This document shows positions 14,624 to 23,140 of a stretch of 39,644 nucleotides of DNA, one piece after another (within the stretch, counting starts at the first letter, position 1; the number at the start of each line of letters is the position of its first letter). The stretch lies in the IMG/VR virus record IMGVR_UViG_3300024520_007517; one strand, 5' to 3'. The notes under the pieces were generated by a model. That model had not been told where the DNA came from, made no database searches, and was given only the letters and a program-made list of their open reading frames with translations. This stretch comes from a virus. Both the position numbers and the translations under genes were made by a program.

Positions 14624-15421
14624 CTACTTGGGGCTGCTCTTGGAGCGGCGACTAAAGAACAGGATCGTTCCTTCGGTTACCGCCACCAGGCCCGCGCCGA
14701 CCGTGACCACCACGGCGCGGGATTCCGGGAGGAAGCCGATCTTGCTCGCCAAGAACTTGTAGCCGAAGCCGAAGGCCAGGCCTTCGACGGCGGAGCGGAG
14801 CGGGTCGAAGGGCGCGCGGCCCATGATGCGGCTGCCGTCGAGGTAGACCTGACCCCAGGGGGTCGTGGCCTGCTTGTCGGCGACGGCCTCCTGGGCGGCA
14901 ATGCGCGCCTGCTCGATGACGCTCTGGGTCTCCTCCTGCATGGCGCTGAGGATCACCAGCTCCAGCCCCGAGGCGAGAGCGGAGACCTCCTCTTGGTCCT
15001 CTACCTTCATGGACAGGACGTACTCCCGGACGATGGCTCCCAGCGCCTCCGGGCTCACGGCGTTGGACAAGTCGACCTTGGTGGCCACCTTGCCGTCGGA
15101 GACGAGCTGGTTGAACGTGGAGAGCTCGGCCTCCATCTTCTTCCAGGTCTTCTGGCCCAGGATCTGGGTCAGGCGCTCGTCGGCCACGCCCATCAAGGCC
15201 TTGCTGGCGTGCTCGGCAGCGGCGCCGGCGACGAACTCGCCGACCATCTTCGCGACCTTCGGGTTCAGGTCCTCGGTGCGCTCGAGGCCAGCGATGATCA
15301 GGGCCTCCAGAACCAAGCTCTTGTCGTCATCGGTCAGGTCATCGAACGCGACGGCGGTCATGCCACCATCCTCTGGCAGAAGGATGGCTTCGGGGGTCTT
15401 CTTCTTCGCGGAATCAGTCAC
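14624..15421 (-). CDS. hypothetical protein with C-terminal hydrophobic segment (265 aa)
   Basis: track ORF; GTG start with AGGAGAGAC SD; leader motif 57 nt upstream; hairpin downstream. Confidence 0.65.
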   Translation of the reverse strand: MTDSAKKKTPEAILLPEDGGMTAVAFDDLTDDDKSLVLEALIIAGLERTEDLNPKVAKMVGEFVAGAAAEHASKALMGVADERLTQILGQKTWKKMEAELSTFNQLVSDGKVATKVDLSNAVSPEALGAIVREYVLSMKVEDQEEVSALASGLELVILSAMQEETQSVIEQARIAAQEAVADKQATTPWGQVYLDGSRIMGRAPFDPLRSAVEGLAFGFGYKFLASKIGFLPESRAVVVTVGAGLVAVTEGTILFFSRRSKSSPK

Positions 15422-15474
15422 GGTGTCTCTCCTAGAAACATGGAAATGGGCATGTGCCCGGGGGTAGTACTTCC

Positions 15475-15482
15475 CTTATCCC
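15475..15482 (-). promoter_or_regulatory. GGGATAAG motif, 57 nt upstream of CDS 14624..15421 (in divergent region)
   Basis: motif core on minus strand. Confidence 0.5.
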
Positions 15483-15502
15483 CGCCAACCCCCGTTTTTT
15501 CA

Positions 15503-15520
15503 GGCAACCAAATAGTTGCC
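15503..15520. promoter_or_regulatory. operator-like IR GGCAAC-N6-GTTGCC in divergent intergenic region
   Basis: ggcaaccaaatagttgcc. Confidence 0.4.
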
Positions 15521-15571
15521 AATCGAGATCTGAAGGCACATACTGGGGTGCGGGTGGATCCCGCAGAAAGG

Positions 15572-15769
15572 ATGGGCAGTACGGTGTTGGCGTCTCTCGA
15601 AATCCCGCTGCAGCGAGTGGACCAGGAGATCTGGAAGGTGCGCGAGTCCCTTCAGACTGCTCACGGAGAGGAAGCATCCGAGTTGCGTCAGCGGCTCCGG
15701 AAGCTCCGTCGGATCCGTGATCTGGCTGAGGACGTCGTGAGCCTCCCGGCCCGAACCGCAGCCGCGTAG
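15572..15769 (+). CDS. small helical protein (65 aa)
   Basis: ATG 3 nt after GAAAGG; C-terminal part of track ORF 14993..15769; first gene of plus block. Confidence 0.45.
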   Translation: MGSTVLASLEIPLQRVDQEIWKVRESLQTAHGEEASELRQRLRKLRRIRDLAEDVVSLPARTAAA

Positions 15770-15771
15770 CG

Positions 15772-16560
15772 ATGCGAGTTCGTGTACTGCACGTGGGCCC
15801 AGACAAGGGGATCCACGAAAGGTCGAGAACGCTCTGGGAGAGGGCATCCACTGTGGTGGGCCCGTCCGCATACATCGCCATCCCGGACGACTCGTCGGGC
15901 CGCTCCCTGAGGGACTGGCTCTCCTTCCAGTTGAAGGGCTACCGCCCAACCCTGCTGGTCACACATTGCGATGAAGCAGTCGGTCCCGCTGCCTGGGCGG
16001 CAGCGGGACCGACTCGCGTGATTTGCCACCGCTACACCGCCACGAAGATGAAGCGGGGGACCCTCCAAGCGGCTACGCGGCGGGTCACCTTCGTCGTGCA
16101 CTCCGAGGAGGCCGCGAAGTCCCTGGCGGAGGTGAGTGCCCGAACTCATCGGGTTGATCCCGAGCCTCTGTGGCTGACCCCGACGCCCGCCCCGGAGAAG
16201 TACTCCGTCGGGGCAGCCAGAGCGCAGGACGCCTTGAAGATCTCGAAGCACTTCGAGGCACACAAGATCGACATACCCGTGATCACGGGATCGTCGAGAG
16301 AGCTGTTGCGAGAGGCCTCCGTTGTGGTAGATCTGTCGGTCCGCCCAGAGTTGAACCCGCTCTTGCTAGAAGCTCGACGCTGGGGGAGACTGGTGGCTAT
16401 CCCGGAAGGGGTGCCGCAGGCCTCGGCGTACGGAGAGGGAAGCATCATGTTCACGGCCAAGACCTTCTACTCCAGCCTCCTGAATCCGCCGGCGACTCCT
16501 GAGCCCTACGACTACCGAGGGCTCACCGAGCTGCGGAAGCTCTACGCGGGACGAGCATGA
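15772..16560 (+). CDS. compact GT-B (GT4-like) glycosyltransferase (262 aa)
   Basis: track ORF; MRVRVLHVG start and C-terminal ...LLLEARRWGRLVAIPEGV... resemble GT4 nucleotide-sugar binding region. Confidence 0.4.
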   Translation: MRVRVLHVGPDKGIHERSRTLWERASTVVGPSAYIAIPDDSSGRSLRDWLSFQLKGYRPTLLVTHCDEAVGPAAWAAAGPTRVICHRYTATKMKRGTLQAATRRVTFVVHSEEAAKSLAEVSARTHRVDPEPLWLTPTPAPEKYSVGAARAQDALKISKHFEAHKIDIPVITGSSRELLREASVVVDLSVRPELNPLLLEARRWGRLVAIPEGVPQASAYGEGSIMFTAKTFYSSLLNPPATPEPYDYRGLTELRKLYAGRA

Positions 16561-16826
16561 GCTTCACGACCCCTCGGCTGAACCGAACTGCAGCCCGACG
16601 ACAGTCTTGCCGAGCCCGGCTTGGGCGACCGAAGCCGTCCCAGGCCACTGCACGAGACACGGTGGACTTCTTCTCGCATACAGCGGCCCTGGCAGAGTGG
16701 TACCGGGCGGAGTTCCTCCCTTCCACCCTAGGCAACATCCTGGTCCAGGGCTTGTCCTCAGAGACTGATCCCCTGTCCCGGGCAGTCAAGACAGGTGACC
16801 TCGAGGAGATCGTCGAATGGCGATGA
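16557..16826 (+). CDS. hypothetical protein (89 aa)
   Basis: track ORF; ATGA overlap with previous gene. Confidence 0.5.
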   Translation: MSFTTPRLNRTAARRQSCRARLGRPKPSQATARDTVDFFSHTAALAEWYRAEFLPSTLGNILVQGLSSETDPLSRAVKTGDLEEIVEWR

Positions 16827-17116
16827 TGTCCACCGGCACGAAGATCCTCACCGAGGAGGATGTGGCCCTGTTGGTGAGGGTGGAGAGGCTCGCTCTCAGC
16901 TTCGACGGGGTCGACTTCTGCTCCGCTGACCGAGTGCCGGGGGAGAAAGCCATCTCCCTCCGTCTGGGCGTGGACCGCTCGGTGGGCAGGGCGAGGAAGA
17001 CCTGGTTGAGGGCGGTGCTCACCAACCGCGTCGAGCAGCAGGGTTGGACCCCAAATATCCGAATCCTGCTGGGTTCGTGCCAAGCGAGATCCTCGAATGT
17101 TGAAAGTTCTGACTAG
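16817..17116 (+). CDS. hypothetical protein (99 aa)
   Basis: track ORF; overlapping start/stop. Confidence 0.5.
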   Translation: MAMMSTGTKILTEEDVALLVRVERLALSFDGVDFCSADRVPGEKAISLRLGVDRSVGRARKTWLRAVLTNRVEQQGWTPNIRILLGSCQARSSNVESSD

Positions 17117-17273
17117 CCCCCGATGCCCCAAGTGCAAGCAGAGCAACATGCAGAGATACGGGTACCGGAAGGACAAGGGCGGCTCGGAGTACGGCTGCCA
17201 GAACCCAGAGTGTCAATACACGCAGGTCATCCCCACCCTGCGCCTACGGCTGACCCCCAGCCGAACGAGCTGA
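17097..17273 (+). CDS. zinc-ribbon protein (58 aa; CPKC...CQNPEC)
   Basis: not in track; high GC3 in this frame; overlaps N-terminal region of track ORF 17123..17455 in another frame. Confidence 0.45.
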   Translation: MLKVLTSPRCPKCKQSNMQRYGYRKDKGGSEYGCQNPECQYTQVIPTLRLRLTPSRTS

Positions 17274-17455
17274 TCCGCTCGCTCGACTCGGAGCGCCTCC
17301 GCCGAGGCCTCACCCACCGAGAAATCGGCGAGATGTGCGGCATGAAGAGGCAGCAGGTCTCTCGCCTGTTCGCCGGCAACGACCCGCGGCTGTCTACAGT
17401 GCAGCGCGTGGCCGAGGCCCTGGGCCTCCGCGTAGGAATCGTACTGACTCCTTGA
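17265..17455 (+). CDS. XRE-family helix-turn-helix DNA-binding protein (start unresolved)
   Basis: C-terminal ~60 aa of track ORF 17123..17455: LTHREIGEMCGMKRQQVSRLFAGNDPRLSTVQRVAEALGL is a classic XRE HTH; no canonical start after the frame becomes coding. Confidence 0.5.
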
Positions 17456-17501
17456 CAGGCTCTGGGCGGCCCGTACATCCTGTCAGCACGATTGTACGCA
17501 C

Positions 17502-17984
17502 ATGTCCTTATCTGAATCACAGCTGAAGCTCCTCCGCACCCTCGAGGCGCAGCCCTACGCGGAGCTGAGCCCCGACAACAAGCTGTTGTTGCGGAGGATG
17601 CAGGAGAAGGCTTCAGGGCTGCCAGTCAACAAGGCGGCTGGCAGCGGCAAGTCGATCCTGGACATGATTCAGATCGGCCGAGAGGAGGGGGCCGGGCAAG
17701 GGACCCCGGTTCAATCTGCACCCCCACGCCGCGCACCGTTGTCCCGGCAATGCGCCGGATGTGGTACGGAAACTCGAGCGAAGGCGGCGGTGGGCAAGAA
17801 CATCTACCGATGCCCGAACCCCAAGTGTCGACGGGTCTGGAGCAGCCGGTCCGCCACACGAGTCGAAGCCATTGAGCCGGTGCCCGTGTCCCCCGACATC
17901 GACCTCCCCTTGGAGGGGGCCCCCGAGTACTTGGTCTCTGGCCAGAAATCCCGAATCTACTCCGGCACCCGCGGAGAGGAGTGA
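17502..17984 (+). CDS. zinc-finger protein (160 aa; CAGCG...CPNPKC)
   Basis: track ORF; high GC3. Confidence 0.6.
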   Translation: MSLSESQLKLLRTLEAQPYAELSPDNKLLLRRMQEKASGLPVNKAAGSGKSILDMIQIGREEGAGQGTPVQSAPPRRAPLSRQCAGCGTETRAKAAVGKNIYRCPNPKCRRVWSSRSATRVEAIEPVPVSPDIDLPLEGAPEYLVSGQKSRIYSGTRGEE

Positions 17985-17986
17985 CA

Positions 17987-18927
17987 TGTCCGACGACGTG
18001 AACATCGAGAACCAACCCACCACGACCACTGAGGCCGATCGCGCCCGGTCCCTACTCGCCCGTTCCCGAGGAGGGACATCCGACCGCCCCGTCGGGCCTC
18101 CCCGGACGGACACCCCCAGCTTCCGAGACGTGGTGCAGCAGGAGGTGGTCCCCCCGCGTCCCGGCATCCCCACGATGAAGCCCGGCGAGCTCCGTCAGAG
18201 GCTGCAGACCGGGGATGCCGTGCCCGGTATTGGCTCCGCCTACCCAGAGAACCAGCCCGGCCCCTCCCGAGCCCCGGGCCTGCGACCAGAGACCGCCGAG
18301 ATGCTGCAAGCCGTAGCCGAGGCGACGGAGGCAGCGCAGAACGCTCCAGCCGAACCACCCGCTCCCCCCGCTGCCCCGAAGGCGGAGGTCAAGGACCCAG
18401 ACGACGACGTCCTATCCGCGGCCGAGGTAGCGGCGACCCTCCGAGGCCTGCAGGGGCAGTCCACCTACTCTCCGGTGCGGGCCATCTTCACCAACGCCCG
18501 ACGTGAGGCTCTGGAGAAGGAGCTGAAGCCCCTGAGCATCAGCGACATCCTCATGAACCAGGACGCCCGTCAGCGGGTGCCTCTGGCCGAAGGCATCCAC
18601 GTCACCTACCGCTCGTTGAACGGCCATGAGACGGACTTCATCGAGAAGTTCATCTGGGACCGCTTCAACGGGGATCTGACTCAGCAGATGTACGCGATGA
18701 CGAGCAGCTTGGTGGCCCTCACCCTCTCGATGATCCAGGTGGGCAAGACGAATTTGCCCGAATGCCGCGGGGAGTACGGTGACGTCAACGAGAAGCTCTT
18801 CACCCAAAAGTGGAAGGCGTGCCTGAAGTGGCCCGCCTTCATCCTTGAGGCCGCCGACATCAACCGAGTCTGGTTCGAGGAGCGATGCTCGAAGCTGCTG
18901 AACGTGGCTGCGGTGGGAAATGGCTGA
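17987..18927 (+). CDS. hypothetical protein (313 aa), Pro/Ala-rich N-terminus
   Basis: internal ATG (MSDDVNIENQ...) of track ORF 17761..18927 with GGAGAGGAG SD. Confidence 0.65.
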
Positions 18928-19430
18928 GGACCCCTGCTGGGTGGGCGAGGGCGAAGATCTGGTACGCCAAGCTGGGTCGTCCGCCTCGTCCAGGAACCTG
19001 GCAGGAGGTCCTGGCCATCTTGGTGGTCCTTGGCGAGAGCGAACTCGACGTGGCCAAGACAAGAGTGCTGGTCCAAGCGGCCCGGCAGGCGAAGTCAACC
19101 ACGGAGGACTTCGCCGGGTACATCGACGCCGCCTTCCCCTACCGGAAGCGGATGCAGGACGACGTCAAAGAGCAGCAGAGAAAGGTACTTGAGCAGTGGA
19201 CAGAGATGGGCAAGATCCCGATTCGACCCAAGGAGAGGGACGATCCTCAGAGAGGAATGCGGGAACGGATGCGGGAGAAGGGGCGTCAGGTCTCAAGACG
19301 CCCCACGGTACCGGGTCCTCTGCCAGAAGCATGGACCACTCCACCGAAGCCAACTCGATCTGTTGGCTCGACCGCTTCCGCCTATGCGCGAGTACCTGTA
19401 AAGCTGCGACCAGCACACCGACCGGAGTGA
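18885..19430 (+). CDS. hypothetical basic protein (181 aa; true start may be downstream)
   Basis: track ORF; 43-nt overlap with previous gene; low GC3 in overlap. Confidence 0.45.
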   Translation: MLEAAERGCGGKWLRTPAGWARAKIWYAKLGRPPRPGTWQEVLAILVVLGESELDVAKTRVLVQAARQAKSTTEDFAGYIDAAFPYRKRMQDDVKEQQRKVLEQWTEMGKIPIRPKERDDPQRGMRERMREKGRQVSRRPTVPGPLPEAWTTPPKPTRSVGSTASAYARVPVKLRPAHRPE

Positions 19431-19510
19431 TTTGCAACTTCCTTCAATCCCCCCAGACCCCATCGCTGCCACCACCCCACGTGCAGGCAGCGGCGCCCAA
19501 GGTGAAACCA

Positions 19511-19872
19511 TGATCAACTGCATTCGCGCTCTTCAATCCATCGAAATGAGCAACGGCTCCATGAGCAACGTGCTCGTGCTTCGCAACAAGCTGGGACAGG
19601 AACTAGAGCTCTCTGTGTCCGGGACGGACCTGCAGAGGGTGATGGGACTTCTCCAGGCTGAGGACAACGCCCACAAGTCCACCGAGGAGCCGGGCCTGTC
19701 CGATGAGGAGATCGATCTGATTCGTAGGCACCGTTCCAACGGGCACACCCGCCCCGCCCCCTCTGCGAGCGAGACGGAAGCGATGGCCGACCGTCTGATG
19801 CGGGGTGAGGAGATCGGGGACACCCCCTTTACGGATGAACAGCAGCAACTCTCCACCCCCTTCACCGGCTAA
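19511..19872 (+). CDS. hypothetical acidic protein (120 aa)
   Basis: internal ATG (MINCIRALQS...) of track ORF 19432..19872 with AAGGTGAAA SD. Confidence 0.55.
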
Positions 19873-19875
19873 ACG

Positions 19876-20217
19876 ATGTACTTGGCCGACCCCAAGGCGA
19901 AGATGATCTTCCTAGCCGATACCTTCGGAGACCGTCCCCGTATGGGGCTGACGGGAGGGAAGCTGTATGCCGTGAGTAAGGCTCGCCTCCCAAAACTACG
20001 GGCCGGGGGATATGCGATCCACCACCTGGAGTGGATTCACCCGGATCAGGACCTCAACGCAGAGGGACGATTGTTCTCGGTTGAGGTCACTAGCCTCCCT
20101 GGAGAGCGTCCAGGAGTTCGACGCTTGACTGACGACAACGGTTGGTCCCTCTGGATGACGTCAGGTGGGGGACGAGCGGTCGTGTTCGCGGTCACGCAGG
20201 CGAACAACAATGGCTGA
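19876..20217 (+). CDS. hypothetical protein (113 aa)
   Basis: track ORF; start 3 nt after previous stop. Confidence 0.55.
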   Translation: MYLADPKAKMIFLADTFGDRPRMGLTGGKLYAVSKARLPKLRAGGYAIHHLEWIHPDQDLNAEGRLFSVEVTSLPGERPGVRRLTDDNGWSLWMTSGGGRAVVFAVTQANNNG

Positions 20218-20512
20218 CGCACAAGTGATGGAGAGGCTTCTGATCCTGGAGCACAAGCTCGACGCGCTCCTGGGAGCGCTGAAGATCGGCATACCTCCGA
20301 TGGCCTCCGGCACTCAGTGCCCGGCCTGTGAGAAGGAGATCCGCTATGCGGCGGACTTCGTCTCGAAGATGATCCTCCGTTCCTGCGGCTGCGGGCACGG
20401 TCAACAAGCGCCGATGATTGGATTCGGCGATCTGACACCAGGAGTAAATGATGGCAGGCCAACTCAACACGTATGGCGCGGACCCGAACCAGGCGATCTC
20501 GAAGAGGGCTAG
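20210..20512 (+). CDS. zinc-ribbon protein (100 aa; CPAC...CGCGH)
   Basis: internal ATG (MADAQVMERL...) of track ORF 20165..20512; ATGGCTGA overlap; GC3 drops in last 60 nt where next gene begins. Confidence 0.5.
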   Translation: MADAQVMERLLILEHKLDALLGALKIGIPPMASGTQCPACEKEIRYAADFVSKMILRSCGCGHGQQAPMIGFGDLTPGVNDGRPTQHVWRGPEPGDLEEG

Positions 20513-20831
20513 CCGCTCTCGTGCGAAGACGCCTGCCTTCCTGGGCCTGACGGTCGGAAAGGTCGTGGCCATCAAGCTCCACGATCCCAAGCAGCGCAAG
20601 GACGTGACCCGTCTGACGCTGGTCTTCAACGAGCACACCGACACGCCCCAGGTCCTGCTCTTCCCCGCCAACACGGCCTTCGAGAGCCTGCGTCCCGACC
20701 TCACCGACCAGGTGGTCGAGAAGGTGCGCGGCTTCGACGAGTTCTTGGCCTCCCAGCCTGAGCGTGCCGCCGAGGCCGCCGAAGAGCTGGGCGGCGACGA
20801 GGCCGACGACGGTGAGGTCGCCGAGCTGTGA
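20448..20831 (+). CDS. hypothetical protein with acidic C-terminus (127 aa)
   Basis: track ORF; AGGAG SD just before tandem ATGs. Confidence 0.65.
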   Translation: MMAGQLNTYGADPNQAISKRASRSRAKTPAFLGLTVGKVVAIKLHDPKQRKDVTRLTLVFNEHTDTPQVLLFPANTAFESLRPDLTDQVVEKVRGFDEFLASQPERAAEAAEELGGDEADDGEVAEL

Positions 20832-21208
20832 AAGCCGAGAAGGTCAAACCCCTGGGCAACTGGGTCTTCCTACGCATGGAGCCTCGCCGGGAGAGGATCG
20901 GCCTCATCCACCTCCCCGGCGAGAAGACCGGGGTGGAGAAGGTCGGCTACAACGTCGCCTGCGTCCTCAAAGCGGGCCCGGGGGTCGAGGAGGACAAGAA
21001 GGGTGTGATCTCGAACTTCCAGCCGCAGCGTGAGCTGCAGCCCGGGGTGCGGGTGATCGTCCGGGACTTCCACTCCGACTACCACCCCATCGACGTGGAG
21101 GAGGACGGGAAGCACTTCTTGATCCACTTCAACGACGTCGAGGCCATCCTCGCCGAAGGCGCTTCCCTGGGGGAGTGGTCCGGGATCCAGGATGCCCAGG
21201 CGAGCTGA
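20828..21208 (+). CDS. GroES/Cpn10-like co-chaperonin (126 aa)
   Basis: track ORF; aligns by eye to GroES: KPLGNWVFLR ~ RPLHDRVIVK; LIHLPGEKTGVEK mobile loop; AGPGV ~ VGNG; LQPGVRVIV ~ VKVGDIVIF; C-terminal DVEAIL ~ DILAIV; GTGA overlap with previous gene. Confidence 0.6.
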   Translation: MKAEKVKPLGNWVFLRMEPRRERIGLIHLPGEKTGVEKVGYNVACVLKAGPGVEEDKKGVISNFQPQRELQPGVRVIVRDFHSDYHPIDVEEDGKHFLIHFNDVEAILAEGASLGEWSGIQDAQAS

Positions 21209-21395
21209 CCGACGCGGGGAGCAAGACCCCTACAGGGCGCGGGGGCGCAAGGACCCCATCGACTTCCGTCCCTTCGGATCGGCGCCCTTCGAGGATGAGG
21301 AAGAGGGGGAGGTCTTCATCGAGGAGGCCACACGAGTACTGATCGGGGAGGCCATGGCCTGCCTCATGCCGAAGAAGAGGAAACGCCTGAAATGA
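21192..21395 (+). CDS. small acidic protein with basic C-terminus (67 aa)
   Basis: track ORF; high GC3. Confidence 0.5.
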   Translation: MPRRADRRGEQDPYRARGRKDPIDFRPFGSAPFEDEEEGEVFIEEATRVLIGEAMACLMPKKRKRLK

Positions 21396-22207
21396 GCCTG
21401 CCCATCCGAGTTCACCGAGTCCCTGTCCACGAAGTGGTCCTCTCCATCTACCCCACGGGGAAGTCCCGACTGGAGCTGACTCCGCTGTGCAAGACCTCCG
21501 GAGGCAAGGTCACTCCCTGGCTGGCCGAGGCGCTCTACCAGCTCCACTGCCGAGTCCAGGATGCCGGAGGAGACTTCCGGGTCACGGGGGCCTACCGCAG
21601 CTACGCGATGCAGGCCGCGGCTCGGGAGAAGTACGAGAGGTGGGTCGCGGCCGGCAATCCGAAGCGGAGCGACCCTGCCTGGAACGAGAAGACGATGAAG
21701 GCCGCCTTCGTGGCCAAGCCGGGCTCGTCCCTGCACAACGCGGCGTCGGCTACCGACCTGGACTACATGCGGGCGGCGCCGGCGGCCGTGGCGAAGGACA
21801 AGAAGCTAGACTGGCTCTGGGAGCAGATGGAGGGACTGGGCTTCACAGCCATCATCAGCGAGCCCGACGAGAAGGCCAGCGAGTCCTGGCACTTCAACTG
21901 CTACGGCCCCTGGGCCCATGTGGCCGAGAAGTACGGCCAGACCCACGTTGCCATGTGCATCATCCTGGACATCGGCGAGGGCGACTGGACCTGGAAGCAC
22001 TGGGTGCAGGCGCAGATCCACCGTCTCGGCGCCGACATCGGCAAGGTCGACGGCGTCTGGGGCAAGAAGACCCGCGCCGGCGCTTCGGTGCTGGGCGTGC
22101 TGCTCGGCGATGAAGAGTCGGTGTCGGCCGCCTTCTGCGCCATGTCGGTGAACCCGGGACGCTACCTCTGGGAGATCCAGAGCGACGGCAGCGCGGTGGT
22201 GACCTGA
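21392..22207 (+). CDS. endolysin: peptidase M15 (VanY/L-Ala-D-Glu peptidase-like) plus C-terminal PG_binding_1 domain (271 aa)
   Basis: track ORF; motifs TGAYRSYAMQ, SSLHNAASATDLD, ESWHF match the M15 Zn-ligand pattern; C-terminal GKVDGVWGKKTRAGASVLGVLLG matches peptidoglycan-binding repeat. Confidence 0.65.
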   Translation: MSLPIRVHRVPVHEVVLSIYPTGKSRLELTPLCKTSGGKVTPWLAEALYQLHCRVQDAGGDFRVTGAYRSYAMQAAAREKYERWVAAGNPKRSDPAWNEKTMKAAFVAKPGSSLHNAASATDLDYMRAAPAAVAKDKKLDWLWEQMEGLGFTAIISEPDEKASESWHFNCYGPWAHVAEKYGQTHVAMCIILDIGEGDWTWKHWVQAQIHRLGADIGKVDGVWGKKTRAGASVLGVLLGDEESVSAAFCAMSVNPGRYLWEIQSDGSAVVT

Positions 22208-22593
22208 TGAGAACCATTCTGTGGACAGGTGCCCGGCTGCAGCCGGTTGGGCACCGAGAGAAGCGGCCCCGGGTCCGCCGACGGCGCCCGCAACCCTTCA
22301 AGAAGGTGTTGCCACTCATCCGAGAGAAGATGCTCGAGCTACGAGAGGCAGGGTACGACTTCATACTCACGGCCGAAGGCGTGGGCAAGGATCTGGGCCT
22401 GGACAGCAGCTCGGTGAAGCGCGCCTTCGGGCAGCTCCGCATCGAGGGAATCATGGGTCCTCCTCAGAACCACGCACCGGGCAACACCTGGCGCGGAGGG
22501 GGCTATGACGAGTACTCCGGGTGGCACCCCACGACATGGCGCCTGCGACTCAAGACTGAGGAGCTGGCGGAGGAAGACAAGGAGTCCGCATGA
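22207..22593 (+). CDS. hypothetical protein, possible winged-helix (128 aa)
   Basis: track ORF; TGATG overlap. Confidence 0.5.
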   Translation: MRTILWTGARLQPVGHREKRPRVRRRRPQPFKKVLPLIREKMLELREAGYDFILTAEGVGKDLGLDSSSVKRAFGQLRIEGIMGPPQNHAPGNTWRGGGYDEYSGWHPTTWRLRLKTEELAEEDKESA

Positions 22594-22844
22594 GCAACTT
22601 GATCAGTTTGAAGAATGCCGTCAGCGGCGCCCTCACCCGGCTCGGCAACCGCCGGCTGCGCGGAGAGGTCCTGCGTCTCCGGCCCGAGTGGTACGAGATC
22701 GCGGAAGAGGCCATCATCGAAGAGCAGGGGACCGCCCCCATCCTGGCCTTCCTGGGGCTGAACCTGGAGCAGGGTGACGAGAACATCGTCGTCACCAGCG
22801 GCATGTTCGGGTCCCAGTCGGAGTTCCTGGAGTTCTCGGAATGA
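22590..22844 (+). CDS. hypothetical protein (84 aa)
   Basis: track ORF; ATGA overlap. Confidence 0.5.
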   Translation: MSNLISLKNAVSGALTRLGNRRLRGEVLRLRPEWYEIAEEAIIEEQGTAPILAFLGLNLEQGDENIVVTSGMFGSQSEFLEFSE

Positions 22845-23131
22845 CCGACAAGCACTTCCACTTCCACATCCACGAGGATGACGTGAAGGAGCCGGCTGCG
22901 GGTGCCCCAGCTGCACCTCTCCAAGCGACCGTCACCAACATCCCCATGCACGGAGGCGTGGTGACGGTGGGACTGCCTCTGGCCGTCAGTACCGAGACAC
23001 AGCTGATGCGGCTGACCCATCAGCTGCTCTACGCATTCGCCTCCCTTCAAGACCCCCGGGTCAACGCGGCCCTCAAGGCCGTGGGCTGCACCGTCAAAGA
23101 CAACAACGGCAAAGACCTGATCCCCGTATAG
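22841..23131 (+). CDS. hypothetical protein (96 aa)
   Basis: track ORF; ATGA overlap. Confidence 0.5.
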   Translation: MTDKHFHFHIHEDDVKEPAAGAPAAPLQATVTNIPMHGGVVTVGLPLAVSTETQLMRLTHQLLYAFASLQDPRVNAALKAVGCTVKDNNGKDLIPV

Positions 23132-23140
23132 GAGCCAGAG

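Noticed and set aside
679-15482. Repeated cttatccc-containing units considered as a CRISPR array or MITE family
   Set aside because: Spacing is irregular (100-3000 bp); each copy sits at a fixed distance from a gene start with an SD; there are no equal-length spacers and no terminal inverted repeats or target-site duplications.
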